Positions 49,001-57,739 of a DNA stretch of 64,000 bases are shown in pieces. The stretch lies in the NCBI GenBank assembly GCA_965203485.1, contig OZ241892.1, positions 2,912,001-2,976,000 on the forward strand, read 5' to 3'. The stretch's first letter is position 1. Each line of letters begins with the position of its first letter. The DNA is from Longimicrobiales bacterium (GTDB lineage Bacteria; Gemmatimonadota; Gemmatimonadetes; Longimicrobiales; Gaopeijiaceae). The translations under genes were made by a program, and so were the position numbers. The notes beneath the pieces were generated by a model that did no database searches, was not told the DNA's origin, and worked only from the letters and a program-made list of their open reading frames with translations.

Positions 49001-49547
49001 AGCGCACCCTTTGCAGAAGCGAAGCTCTCGACCGCGCGAACTCGAAGAGCTCGGCGGAACCAACGCGAATTCGGTCGCCGGGTTCCACGGACACGGAGCC
49101 CAGCACGATCCGGTCGCGGCCCCTCCAACCTGCGGACGTGGTCACGACCACGACGGCGCTTGCTCCCGCGCTGCTCGGCGCGACCACCATGATGCTGTCC
49201 GGCCGCGCGGCCCCGTCTGCGCGCGATGCTTCGTTCGCAGGCGCGCTCCGCGCCGACCTCGCCACCAAGACGGCCGCAGTGTCGCTGCCCGCGCCCGGCA
49301 CGTGATAGTCGGCTCGGTTCCTGTCGCCCGACACCACTGCGACGACGCTGTCGGCGTCCGGCTGAAAGCGTTGGCCGAGCAATCTGACCTGGTACGACGC
49401 CAGGCGGTCGCGCGCAAACCATATCTGTCCGCACGCGAGGAGACCGACGAGAAGGGCGAAGACGGCCGTGTGACGGTCCGAAGTCCTTCGGTGCGCAGTC
49501 CACCACGATCCGACCAGGACCGCAAGCCCCAAGAGGAGAACCGTCAC
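45999..49547 (-). CDS. Large divergent SEDS (FtsW/RodA-like) membrane protein with a long soluble N-terminal region (~1182 aa)
   Basis: C-terminal multi-TM region with SDFG, GNWSGQGFLEG, QWGAPG, ANYGLVMFTGKNVYLLG. Directly upstream of a PBP. GTG start at 49547. Confidence 0.7.
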   Translation of the reverse strand: MTVLLLGLAVLVGSWWTAHRRTSDRHTAVFALLVGLLACGQIWFARDRLASYQVRLLGQRFQPDADSVVAVVSGDRNRADYHVPGAGSDTAAVLVARSARSAPANEASRADGAARPDSIMVVAPSSAGASAVVVVTTSAGWRGRDRIVLGSVSVEPGDRIRVGSAELFEFARSRASLLQRVRLAGARDELLHVRVAHPGSTERAATSATARDELARVSSADREGLVDANTGAAAAGAEGQAEGRPRDRQHGGPPIPSNANEPAVAVLPYPDGAGTMGLLPSRPGIYQRTYPLADLAAAMGPNDQSLDRLRSFLYYDDEGAARLAVLDAEVEAFSADGTAKVPIGAAPAWTRTDGQRSVTVAGLPHRDFPDSRLAAGERYGARPLRTFRVVADGDWVTVRGARTEVHDIEVAGLPPARILPSTFATGLEGDVRLHAVRLAAGDGSAVSAGLTFSSPSNGFAAAGQAVLRLPEGPATGWFELLAPSGQASWRTGRPFTLSDGQRGLLVRVDGFAASGGFMLLLALLFVAAAAPFAFIGTTAAVRAVAFAALGLAALRALLSVSAMVRYPFVDEGHQIGLWLIPALPWFACVLGRTAAGRTLAARPGALPPPVDAMAGDGAGSTEQRAPDSAATSVWSGIALPRAWDRSIVATLALGGVLVVLAVALFPASRAKQFVLAAGVVVVAAPAMLSALWPAWLDARRWRKLGLRLAATCGRTVAACRRIAGAPLPKTARALAGKLGHVLGSTALLRRPASSCPGIAWGVAILLLRLLLDAFGFREQMPIGGTRIGLSVIFTPLALTVFAILAARQYRRITGTDSDASGGRQGTARPVARPSTRRGRAAVALLDLCAYLTFAYAATSWRISDFGIMFTTLPGPLVVLALAAMAYARRTERRGGTGTGFALLGALPLLLFALLQAAPALARPFLPDLEGPRSGLEEWSRNDLLLLERGDPEALGLIGESRSEALAVMRETMRSYTRGNWSGQGFLEGRVSPQIRTTATREHVVTGLLASQWGAPGTLGLLALLAAALVPVLPASRFRFSAHGAQRRAPGDDVGQRDTPPHAGRRNPINSWSRPERMLAATALLTFSTAGAYMILANYGLVMFTGKNVYLLGLDSLGDTLEALFLLGLAAGALGWSERGRAQAKAVPAVPAVAALRPAAPSSRLEPPASSPPLTTPPLARRE

Positions 49548-51547
49548 AGGTCTGGGCGGCCGCCGGGTCCCAGACTCCTTTTCCTCTCGGCCAGTTCGTC
49601 CGCATAGAAGTCGGTTCGCGTCACCAGCACGAACCGCCACCAGTTCACGAAGAGAAGCACAGTCAGGACCAGTCCGGCGAGCGTGAGCACAGCGACTGCG
49701 GCGACGGTGGCGCTCGGCCGGTTTCGGGCGTGGTGCCGAAGCAGCTCCGTCCGTCCGCTTCCCGGTGCGCGCATCAGGGGCGCCAAGTCCTCTGCGCGGT
49801 ACAGGGCGGACGGACGCAGTCCCGCGTGCGAGACGGCGGCCTCGAGCGTCTGCACGTAGGCGGAGGCGTCCCTCGAGCGGATGCGGCTCGACGCGTCGCC
49901 GCTCCGAACCTCCTCGACCAGATGGCTGGCGACGTCGTGGAAGACGGCTCTCCGCCACTGCGGCACGAAGTCGCAGGCCGCTTCGGCATCGATGCCGGCG
50001 TTCAGCTCCGGCGGGATCCCGCCTCTGCAGAATGCGCGAGCGTGGGCTCGAGCCCGGTCAAGAATGTCGGCGGCCGCGGCGGCTTCCAGTCCGTCTTCCA
50101 GCTGCCGGCGCCATCCGTCGTAGCGTGCAACGAGCCCAGCGTGCACCAACTCTCCCGCCAGGTCCAGCAGGCCCCCCTTCATCTCGTCGCTCAGGGGCTC
50201 GTCCGGCACGTCGGGACACTGGGCGGCCTCCAAGCGCGCGAAGGCATGCACGGCCACAGCCGCCCAAGCGCTGTCGGCGCGCGTCGGCCGGGCCTGCCGC
50301 ACGATCAAGTCCGGGCCGTCCCGGCGCAGTCCGGCAACTACCTGGGACAGCATCCCGCACTGCTTCTTCGGATCCAGGTCCAGCGCCTCCATCCAAGCCG
50401 GTTCGTCCAGCACGCGCAACGTGAGGACGGTCCTGCCGGCGGCCAGCGCGGGGTCGGGATTCAAGCGGTTGTAGTGATAGACCCTCTGCAGGTTGGAGGC
50501 CGCCCACACGATGTTTTCGGGAATCGGGCTGCCAGAGGGCAGGCCTCGGCCTTGCGCATGCTCGAGAAGACGCGCGAGCGGGTCGCCGGCGTTCATCTCG
50601 CCGTTTCCGCGGGCGACCTCCTCGGCAAGCTCAAGCTTGTCCGGGCGGCTCAATTCGCCGGAGTCCGCCGCCATGTAGGCCGCGACCAGCCCGGCGTAGG
50701 CGTCCAACGAAGTCAGGCTGCGTTGCGCGCTGGACGGGCAGGACAGCTCTTCCGGCAGAATTTCGATTCGATTGTAGTGGCCGCCCCGCGCGAAGCCGCG
50801 AGAGCTGGGCATGTAGTAGTTGACCGCGTTGAGAGCATGGCGGAAGTGTTCGACGGCCTCTACGGCGCGTCCGCGAAATCGAGCCGCCACGCCGGCCAGG
50901 TAGCGGCTGTGGAATACCAGGATCACGACGGCGCGCTGCGCATCCCGGGAGCGGGTCGCTCGAAGCGCTTGGGGCGCGGGGACTATGGGCAGCAGGTCGC
51001 CCGCCTCGGCTTCGACGTCCTTCAGGTGGTTCGCGGCCCCGGCCCAGTCTCCGCCGGCGCCGAGCGCACGGGCCACGGCGTAGCGAGCCACGCGCTCTTC
51101 GGTCCCCGACAGACTTTCGATTTCGTTCTCGATCGTCTCGACGGCCTCTTGAAGTCTGTCGCGGTTGCCGTTCGCCGCGGCGCTCTCGGCCTGCCCAATC
51201 GCGCGGTCCAGCGCTGGCCGCGTTCTCATGTCGCTCGTCAAGCCGGCCGTGCACAGGAAAGGGGGCAGGGAGGGTACGAGCAGGTCCTCCACGCGCCGGT
51301 CGCTGCGGCTGGTGAGCACCGCGAAGCGCCAGGACTCGCTCAGCGTTCGGCCGAGACGAACGGGCTCGCGCGAGAACTGGCGTGCGCGCGCCAGCGTGAT
51401 CTCGGGCGCGGCGGAGCCGAGCAGAACGTTGCCCATCCACACTCCTCCGGCGACAACCGCGAAGCAGCCAAGGACCAGCAGAGCCCTTGCCTTCCATCCA
51501 GGCGCAACCCGGCCGGCGCCGATGCCGGCGAGCGTCGTCCGTTTCAC
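49544..51547 (-). CDS. Helical TPR-like protein with N- and C-terminal TM segments (~667 aa)
   Basis: RYLAGVAARFRGRAVEAVEHFRHAL-type repeats and hydrophobic termini. GTGA overlaps at both ends. Confidence 0.65.
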   Translation of the reverse strand: MKRTTLAGIGAGRVAPGWKARALLVLGCFAVVAGGVWMGNVLLGSAAPEITLARARQFSREPVRLGRTLSESWRFAVLTSRSDRRVEDLLVPSLPPFLCTAGLTSDMRTRPALDRAIGQAESAAANGNRDRLQEAVETIENEIESLSGTEERVARYAVARALGAGGDWAGAANHLKDVEAEAGDLLPIVPAPQALRATRSRDAQRAVVILVFHSRYLAGVAARFRGRAVEAVEHFRHALNAVNYYMPSSRGFARGGHYNRIEILPEELSCPSSAQRSLTSLDAYAGLVAAYMAADSGELSRPDKLELAEEVARGNGEMNAGDPLARLLEHAQGRGLPSGSPIPENIVWAASNLQRVYHYNRLNPDPALAAGRTVLTLRVLDEPAWMEALDLDPKKQCGMLSQVVAGLRRDGPDLIVRQARPTRADSAWAAVAVHAFARLEAAQCPDVPDEPLSDEMKGGLLDLAGELVHAGLVARYDGWRRQLEDGLEAAAAADILDRARAHARAFCRGGIPPELNAGIDAEAACDFVPQWRRAVFHDVASHLVEEVRSGDASSRIRSRDASAYVQTLEAAVSHAGLRPSALYRAEDLAPLMRAPGSGRTELLRHHARNRPSATVAAVAVLTLAGLVLTVLLFVNWWRFVLVTRTDFYADELAERKRSLGPGGRPDL

Positions 51548-52782
51548 GCGGAGTCCTGCCGTTCCATGCGTCGGACGAGGCGATCCAGCCACATGGCCGA
51601 AGCCGAAGACAAGCCGGGGACGGCCCAAGGGTGGCGAGCCAAGAAGTCAATCACGCCCTCGCCGCCCACCAGCGATTCCGTGCCGCGCTGCGCGTCGTCC
51701 TCGGCGTCCTCGGCGTCGGCGTCGGGACTGGAATCTTCCAGCGCCTGGCAGAACGACCACTTGAAATGCCGCACGCCTTTGTGCAAGTAGTCCCGGAAGC
51801 CGCGGAAATACTCGGCGGCCTGCAACGGATGCGTCTTGCCGGGGACCAACCGACGAACGGGCGGGCCTCCGTTGCGGCCAGGACTGGGCGTGCGAAGGCC
51901 GGCACGGTCGCGCTTGTACAGATCAGCCTTGGAAAGCACCACTGCAACCGGCCGATCGTACTTGCGACTTCGGCCGGAAAGCCCGTCCACCTCTTCGTGG
52001 TTGGGAGCTGTCTCCATCTCCGGATGCTCGCGAGCCGCCCGCGCGTACTTCAGCAACGTAATGTGAGCGTCCACCATGCGGTCTTCGGCATCCTGGATTC
52101 TCTCGACCTCCGCAGGCGTCAACTCTTGTCGGTCGCGGTCGTTCCAGCCGGACCAAACCATGGGAAGAGCCATCAGAAGCGCCATCCCGTCCAGCCGTTG
52201 GAGCAAGGGCCAAAGGAATGCATTCATGATTTCCGGCAACGGCTCCCCGGCCTCGCCCAGGATCTGAAAGTCTTCGCCAGCCATGTCCAGCAAGACGTTC
52301 CGCTCGCCCGTCTTGCCCGGCAAGACGTAGATGTTGACTTGTCCGGTCTCGGTCTTGTCGTAATAGGTCACGTCGATGCGCATGCGTTCGGCATGACGCT
52401 GATACAGGCGCTTGACCAGCGTGGACTTGCCGTGACGCGGGAGCCCTGCGACGCAGAACAGCTTGCCGTCGTTCCTGTCTTGGTGTTTCTCGAGTTCGCT
52501 CAGTTGCTTCTCGAGAACGGATTCTTCGGAGACGTGAAACGTCGTGCTTTGAAGTCTCCCTACCCTGAACTGCGGACGTTTGCCCGGCGCCGAAGACTCC
52601 GGTCCGGCGGCGGGCCAGCACCGGCTGGGATCCTCTTCGGCGCCGGGGGCCGCGTCCGGCGCTTCCACGCCCGGCTTTCGCTTGAACGTCCGCTTGAACC
52701 GGTCCGCGTAGCGCTCGACAATGGGCCTTACGGTCTCGTCGCCGACGCTCTCGCCGATCTTGTCGGATCGATTCCCGTTCAT
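51544..52782 (-). CDS. TRAFAC-class GTPase (DO-GTPase-like)
   Basis: G1 GLPRHGKST, G2 KTETG, G3 DMAGE, G4 LSKAD. Confidence 0.78.
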   Translation of the reverse strand: MNGNRSDKIGESVGDETVRPIVERYADRFKRTFKRKPGVEAPDAAPGAEEDPSRCWPAAGPESSAPGKRPQFRVGRLQSTTFHVSEESVLEKQLSELEKHQDRNDGKLFCVAGLPRHGKSTLVKRLYQRHAERMRIDVTYYDKTETGQVNIYVLPGKTGERNVLLDMAGEDFQILGEAGEPLPEIMNAFLWPLLQRLDGMALLMALPMVWSGWNDRDRQELTPAEVERIQDAEDRMVDAHITLLKYARAAREHPEMETAPNHEEVDGLSGRSRKYDRPVAVVLSKADLYKRDRAGLRTPSPGRNGGPPVRRLVPGKTHPLQAAEYFRGFRDYLHKGVRHFKWSFCQALEDSSPDADAEDAEDDAQRGTESLVGGEGVIDFLARHPWAVPGLSSASAMWLDRLVRRMERQDSA

Positions 52783-52816
52783 GCGCGAATCCTGTCGTCG
52801 AACCGGGAAGGCTTTC

Positions 52817-54790
52817 TCACGCGCGCCGGCCGGCAAGCGCGGACATCAGGCCCAGGAAGACCGAGAGCGGCGGCCTGCGCGCGGGTTCCACGAGCCGACG
52901 GGCCAAGTCGGCGGCGCCGGGGACCCCCTTCGCCGCCAAGGCCGCCAAGGACATGTCGCCGCGTGCGCGTCGCTCGGCCCACGCCAGGCGCTGCAGCACG
53001 CCCAAGCCTTGCTCGTCCGGACCGGCGTCCGCGGCCTCGGAAGCGACCACGCCGAGCCAAGCACGTTCCAACAGAGGCCGCCATGCGGAAGACGCGCGCT
53101 CGGCCAAGCCCAGGAACGCCGCGACAAGTTCGCTGGCCAGACCGGGGGCGATCGGATCCTGCACGCGCGCGACGTCCACCATTTCGGGGACTTCGGCTTC
53201 TCGGCCAGCAACCCGGAGAAGCGCGACGAGCATGCTCGCCAGCTCCGCGACCACCGCCTCGCCGTCCAGTTCCCGCGTTCGCCGGACAGCCCTCCCGAGT
53301 TCGCCCACGTCCGCCCCCGCCTGCACCAGAGCCCGCAGTCCCTCGACCAGCAATGCGAGTCCGTGGCCACGGTGCTCGGCGCCCGTGCCCGCCACCGCCG
53401 CCAGTCGGCCCGCCTCGCGCCCGGCGACCCAGCCGCAGCTTCCCCGGGCCAAACCGTCGAAGAAGCGAGGATTCGCTCCCAGCATGGCGTTGCCGGAGAC
53501 GGCCTTCGCCCACTCCGGCCACTGGCCCGCCGGCCGCGCGGCCAAGTCCGCAGCCGCCAGTCGGCCGAGTCCGCGCCACCGCTTCGCACCAGCGGCCTCC
53601 ATGCGCGCGCGCGCGAAGATGTCGACCCGTCCGGGGCGGGACGGTTCCCACTGGACGAAGTAGGGAAGGCACTCGGGCCGGAAGAGGGACATGCTCCGCA
53701 GGTCGATTCTCGCGCTGACGCGGGCATGGTCCGCCGGCATCTCGAGTACGAGCGTCGCCCAGCGCCTAACGGGATCCAGCTCTGTCGCCGGAGCCTCGCG
53801 GACGGCGGAATCGGCGGCCCTGCCGGGCTCGATGCGGATGCCGGAGTCGGTGGCCTTGCCGACGTTGGCTCCCTTGCGGGAGTCGGCGGCCAACGGAACG
53901 AGGCAGGGTGTCGGACGTCGCCCGCGGACGTCGAGCATCGAATAGAAGACCCGGGCGCGGTCGGCCAAAGGCAGGGACAGCCAAGCCAGCCGCAGGAGCG
54001 CGTCGGCGTCGGGCGCGTCGGCCGTCGGCGACAACGGGCCAACCGGGATGACTCCGGCCGCCTTGGCCGCGCGGCTGTCCGCGTCCTCGCGCGGCATGTC
54101 GCCGCGACGCCGGCCAAGCACGTCGCCCATCGCCCGGTACACGGCGCACAGCGCTTCCTTCGCGGCCCGAGTCCCCGCCCCGGCAACCGCGGCCCGCAAC
54201 CGGTCCAGTTCGCAAAGCCGCGCTCGCCGGAACCGCTCCGTGCCGTGGGGGCGCTCCGGCGGCGGCAGCGGCGACGGCTCCACCGGCGCGGAGCCGCGGA
54301 GTTCGGCGAACCAAGCCGCCTCGGATGCGATCGGAAGCGCCGAGAGGTCCATGTGCAGGCCCTGCGGGAATCCGTCGATCTCTCGGAAGAGCCCCTCGTC
54401 GAACAGTAGCGTGTGCGTTGCGATGCGAGCCCGCCGCGCGCGCGGCTCGCCGGAACGCGGGCGCACGACTCCCGACAAGCAAAACCCGAGTCGGCCGTCC
54501 AATGGAAGGAACGATTCCGGCAGTCCGAATGTCCCGTGAACGGGGTCGTTCACCGCCGGACGGACGCCGCCGCCGTGGACCAGGACGGGCGGGTCGGCGG
54601 AGTCGGCCAGTTCGGTTCCCCAGGGGACGCGTTCCTCCAATCGCCTCGCTCGAGTGCGATCCAGGCCCTCGGTCCAGCCGTAGGTCTCCCATGCCAAGTT
54701 GTACGGAGACGCGTTGCTCGCGAACAGGTGGCGGTCAAGGCGGCGATGCGACGACGGGCGGCCGTCCGCATCCGGGCGATCGGCCGTCAA
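52817..54790 (-). CDS. Hypothetical protein, possible GAP1-N-type N-terminal domain (657 aa)
   Basis: Coupled by a TTGA overlap to the upstream gene and adjacent to the GTPase. HLFAS...WETYGWTEGL...RIATHTLLF loosely resembles GAP1-N. Confidence 0.55.
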   Translation of the reverse strand: MTADRPDADGRPSSHRRLDRHLFASNASPYNLAWETYGWTEGLDRTRARRLEERVPWGTELADSADPPVLVHGGGVRPAVNDPVHGTFGLPESFLPLDGRLGFCLSGVVRPRSGEPRARRARIATHTLLFDEGLFREIDGFPQGLHMDLSALPIASEAAWFAELRGSAPVEPSPLPPPERPHGTERFRRARLCELDRLRAAVAGAGTRAAKEALCAVYRAMGDVLGRRRGDMPREDADSRAAKAAGVIPVGPLSPTADAPDADALLRLAWLSLPLADRARVFYSMLDVRGRRPTPCLVPLAADSRKGANVGKATDSGIRIEPGRAADSAVREAPATELDPVRRWATLVLEMPADHARVSARIDLRSMSLFRPECLPYFVQWEPSRPGRVDIFARARMEAAGAKRWRGLGRLAAADLAARPAGQWPEWAKAVSGNAMLGANPRFFDGLARGSCGWVAGREAGRLAAVAGTGAEHRGHGLALLVEGLRALVQAGADVGELGRAVRRTRELDGEAVVAELASMLVALLRVAGREAEVPEMVDVARVQDPIAPGLASELVAAFLGLAERASSAWRPLLERAWLGVVASEAADAGPDEQGLGVLQRLAWAERRARGDMSLAALAAKGVPGAADLARRLVEPARRPPLSVFLGLMSALAGRRA

Positions 54791-55476
54791 GGGACAGCTT
54801 CCGCGGAGATTTCGAGGTCCAAGATGTCCAGGTCGATGTCCGGTGTCGTGTCCGTCGGCGCGTCCGTCGGCGTCCCGTCGGACTGGGCGTCCAGCGCGTC
54901 TCCGTTGCGCCTCGGGGGCCGGGCCGTCGTGTCCGAACGGGTCAACGTGTCCTCCGGCCGGGCCGTAGTGTCCGCCGGAACGCCCGGCACGTTGCCCGGA
55001 CCGGCCGCGTCAAGCCACGGATCCACCAAGTCTCTGCCGACCCAGCCCACGCCCAGAAGCGCCACTGCAAGCAGGCTCCACGCCAAGTGGCGGCCACCCA
55101 GGCCATGCCGTTCCCGCTTGTCCGCGGGCTCGCCGGCGGCCTTCGGGCCAGTGCGCGGCGGATCGTCCTCTCTCCCGGGCACGACCGACGCCACGGACGC
55201 GACCACTCCGGCCGTCCTCTCCGTCTCTTCTCTAACGACTCGCCGCACCGATGCCATCCAGGCGTCCCCGGAAGCCGCGCTCGCTCCCTCCTCGCGAACG
55301 ACTCGCCGCACGATCGCTTCCAAGTCGACCGCTGGCGGGACTGCCGTTCCAATCGCTTCGGCAACGGCTCGTCCGGCTTCTTCCCGGACCGTGTCCAACG
55401 CCCTGCGCAACAGCTCGGTCAGTTGCCGCTCGCGTTCGTACATTTCCTGCTCATGATTCCGCTCGGACTTGCTCAC
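54787..55476 (-). CDS. Single-TM protein with a coiled-coil N-terminus and acidic Pro/Thr-rich tail
   Basis: VRRVVREE repeated twice, TM AWSLLAVALLGVGWVG, 4-nt overlaps on both sides. Confidence 0.65.
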   Translation of the reverse strand: MSKSERNHEQEMYERERQLTELLRRALDTVREEAGRAVAEAIGTAVPPAVDLEAIVRRVVREEGASAASGDAWMASVRRVVREETERTAGVVASVASVVPGREDDPPRTGPKAAGEPADKRERHGLGGRHLAWSLLAVALLGVGWVGRDLVDPWLDAAGPGNVPGVPADTTARPEDTLTRSDTTARPPRRNGDALDAQSDGTPTDAPTDTTPDIDLDILDLEISAEAVP

Positions 55477-55874
55477 GGATCAAGTCGCTCGGGCGAGAGG
55501 ACGAAGGAAAAAGACCATCCCTCGGACAACAGGGCATCCAAATCCGCAACGCCTAGTTGCTCGCGGAGCGCGGCGCGGGCCGACAGGTTGTTTTCCAAGT
55601 GGTAGAGGCGCAACACGGCGCGGGCGGTCATCGTCCAAGGCACAGCGATCGTCGTTGTGTCCCTGCCGGCCAGGAATTCGGCGGTCAAGCGGGATGCGTC
55701 GTCGAACGAGACCTGAGATCCGACTGGGCTGGTCTCGGTCGTGACCATGGCAAGCCGACGCAACCTCGGACCCGTTGCGGTGCCCACGAAGAACAGACAC
55801 GCAACGATGGCCGCCACAACAATGGCCGCCGCCAAGACACGACATAGCGCGATCAACCGCTCGGACTTGTTCAT
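55473..55874 (-). CDS. Small membrane-anchored protein with a possible LysM-like domain
   Basis: GAAGGA RBS and N-terminal TM. IAVPWTMTARAVLRLYHL...LREQLGVADLDALLSEGWSF follows LysM spacing. Confidence 0.6.
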   Translation of the reverse strand: MNKSERLIALCRVLAAAIVVAAIVACLFFVGTATGPRLRRLAMVTTETSPVGSQVSFDDASRLTAEFLAGRDTTTIAVPWTMTARAVLRLYHLENNLSARAALREQLGVADLDALLSEGWSFSFVLSPERLDP

Positions 55875-55978
55875 TACGTCCTTCGTTCACGGCTCCGTCG
55901 TGCGATTTGCCCGACAATGTAACGTCTGGCCGCGACGAAGGGCCTGGCGCGCATCCTTGGCGCATCCCCACGCCGGAC

Positions 55979-56314
55979 CTACGGCTTGACGCCCTGCTGG
56001 GTGTGCTCCTCCACCCACTCCTGGTACGTCCGGCCCATTTCGGCTTCCTCCTTGAGTTGAATGATCCGCGCCGCATCCGCTCCGGCGCCTTCGCCGCCCG
56101 CACCCGCTCCGCTGTTCATTCCGCCAACGCCCGGCGCACGGGCCAACCGCTCGACACCGCCCCAGCGCCTGGCGATGCGGCCGTGCACCTCCGGGCAGCT
56201 CGCCCAAGCATCCCTCTCCAGCGCCGCCAGCCATCCCACCAACCCGTCTTGCGGCAACTCTTGCGACGAAGCCCGCTGCGAGTCAAGCCGGCGGCGTGCG
56301 TGCACCGTCCCCAA
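55979..56314 (-). pseudogene. Degenerate Rpn-family C-terminal remnant
   Basis: LAALER..., IIQLKEEAEMGRTYQEWVEEHTQQGVK, with AAGGAGG before the ATG at 56038. Frames are broken. Confidence 0.5.
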
Positions 56315-56424
56315 CGCGCCGGCCGACGCGATCCGGGAGGGGCGAGGCGTGGCCCGGGGGCGGGGCGAGGGCTTCTATAGCGCGGTTTGGCGGGGGCCGG
56401 CCCAGCGTCTATCTTTCTAGCGTC

Positions 56425-56859
56425 ATGCGCATCCGTCCTGCCCAAGTCCCGGCGCCGCCGTTGGTCCTGGCGGCCGCGGCAGTATTCTGGGCCGTCGCGG
56501 GCGCCGCGCGCGTGCCCGCAACCGAGGCGGGGGCCAACTCCGGGACTCTCTTGGTCCCTCGCGACACCGTCAGCTTCGCGGAGGACGTGTTGCCGATCTT
56601 TCGGCAGAGGTGCGTCAAGTGCCACGGCGCCGAAGACGAGGACGGCGTGCGCGCCGAGGCCGGCCTGTATTTGCTGGAATACGAGCAGGTGATGGCAGGC
56701 TCGGAGTTCGGCACGGTGATCGAGGCGGGAGACCCCGAGAAGAGCTATCTGCTCGAGATGGTCGTCGAGGGCGACATGCCCGAAGAGGGCGATCCAGTGC
56801 CGGAGGGAGAGATTGCCGTCATCCGCGCCTGGATCGAAGCGGGGGCGCCCAACAACTGA
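56425..56859 (+). CDS. c-type cytochrome (planctomycete cytochrome c-like domain)
   Basis: Signal peptide, VSFAEDVLPIF, CVKCH, GDPEKSYL, DMP, WIEAGA. Confidence 0.88.
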   Translation: MRIRPAQVPAPPLVLAAAAVFWAVAGAARVPATEAGANSGTLLVPRDTVSFAEDVLPIFRQRCVKCHGAEDEDGVRAEAGLYLLEYEQVMAGSEFGTVIEAGDPEKSYLLEMVVEGDMPEEGDPVPEGEIAVIRAWIEAGAPNN

Positions 56860-56869
56860 TTCTAGGCCG

Positions 56870-57739
56870 TCAGTCGGCTTCGCCCGCTTCCGGCCCCCGC
56901 GCCAGCGCCTCGCGTCGGCGCGCCGCAACCGCCTCCTTCAGCTCCGCCAAGCTCGCCATGCGGCGGTTGCCTTCGTCGTCGAGCAGAATGACGGTCTCGT
57001 TGAAGACGTTCATGCCGACAACCTTTTCGCGGCCGCGGGCAGTGGTGACGAACTTGCCCTCGCGCGGAAACCGGCGCCGGGCGCTCACGTACGCGTCGTG
57101 CTCGTACATGAGGCAGCACATCAGCCGTCCACAGCATCCCGATATCTGAGCCGGGTTGAGGAAGAGTCCCTGGTCCTTCGCGACCTGGAGACTCACGGGC
57201 TTGAGTTCGGGCAACCATGTGGAGCAGCACAGCTCTCGCCCGCAGCGCCCTATGCCCCCGAGCAAGGCGGCTTCGTCGCGCACGCCGATCTGCTTGAGTT
57301 CGATGCGGGTGCGGAACGCTCGGGCCAAGTCGCGCACGAGCGCGCGGAAGTCCACCCGCTTCTCGGCCGTGAAATAGACGATCAGCTTCTTCTTGTCGAA
57401 CTGCCACTCGGCGTCGGTCACCTTCATCTTCAGTCCGTGACGGTCCACGTGCGCGCAGGTCTCCTGGCGCGCGCGGTCCTCGTCGGCGGCGGCCTGTCGC
57501 GACCGGCGCACCTCTTCTTCGGTGGCCCTGCGGACGACGCTGAAGGCCGGCGGCTCCGTGGAGCATTCCCTGGACGCGCACTTGCGCTTCGCGACGCTTC
57601 CGAGGGCCGTCACCCGTCCCAGGTCCACGCCGTTGGCGGTCTCCACGATCACGCGGTCGCCCGGCGCCAAGTCGAGGGATTCGAAGCGATAGTAGTCGCG
57701 ACGCGTGCTCTTGAAGCGCACTTCCGCGAAGCCCGTCAT
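56870..57739 (-). CDS. ricT: PSP1/RicT (YaaT) family Fe-S protein
   Basis: YFTAEKRVDFR, RIELKQIGVRDEA, GRCGRELCC, ISGCCGRLMCCL. ATG overlaps the accA stop. Confidence 0.88.
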   Translation of the reverse strand: MTGFAEVRFKSTRRDYYRFESLDLAPGDRVIVETANGVDLGRVTALGSVAKRKCASRECSTEPPAFSVVRRATEEEVRRSRQAAADEDRARQETCAHVDRHGLKMKVTDAEWQFDKKKLIVYFTAEKRVDFRALVRDLARAFRTRIELKQIGVRDEAALLGGIGRCGRELCCSTWLPELKPVSLQVAKDQGLFLNPAQISGCCGRLMCCLMYEHDAYVSARRRFPREGKFVTTARGREKVVGMNVFNETVILLDDEGNRRMASLAELKEAVAARRREALARGPEAGEAD

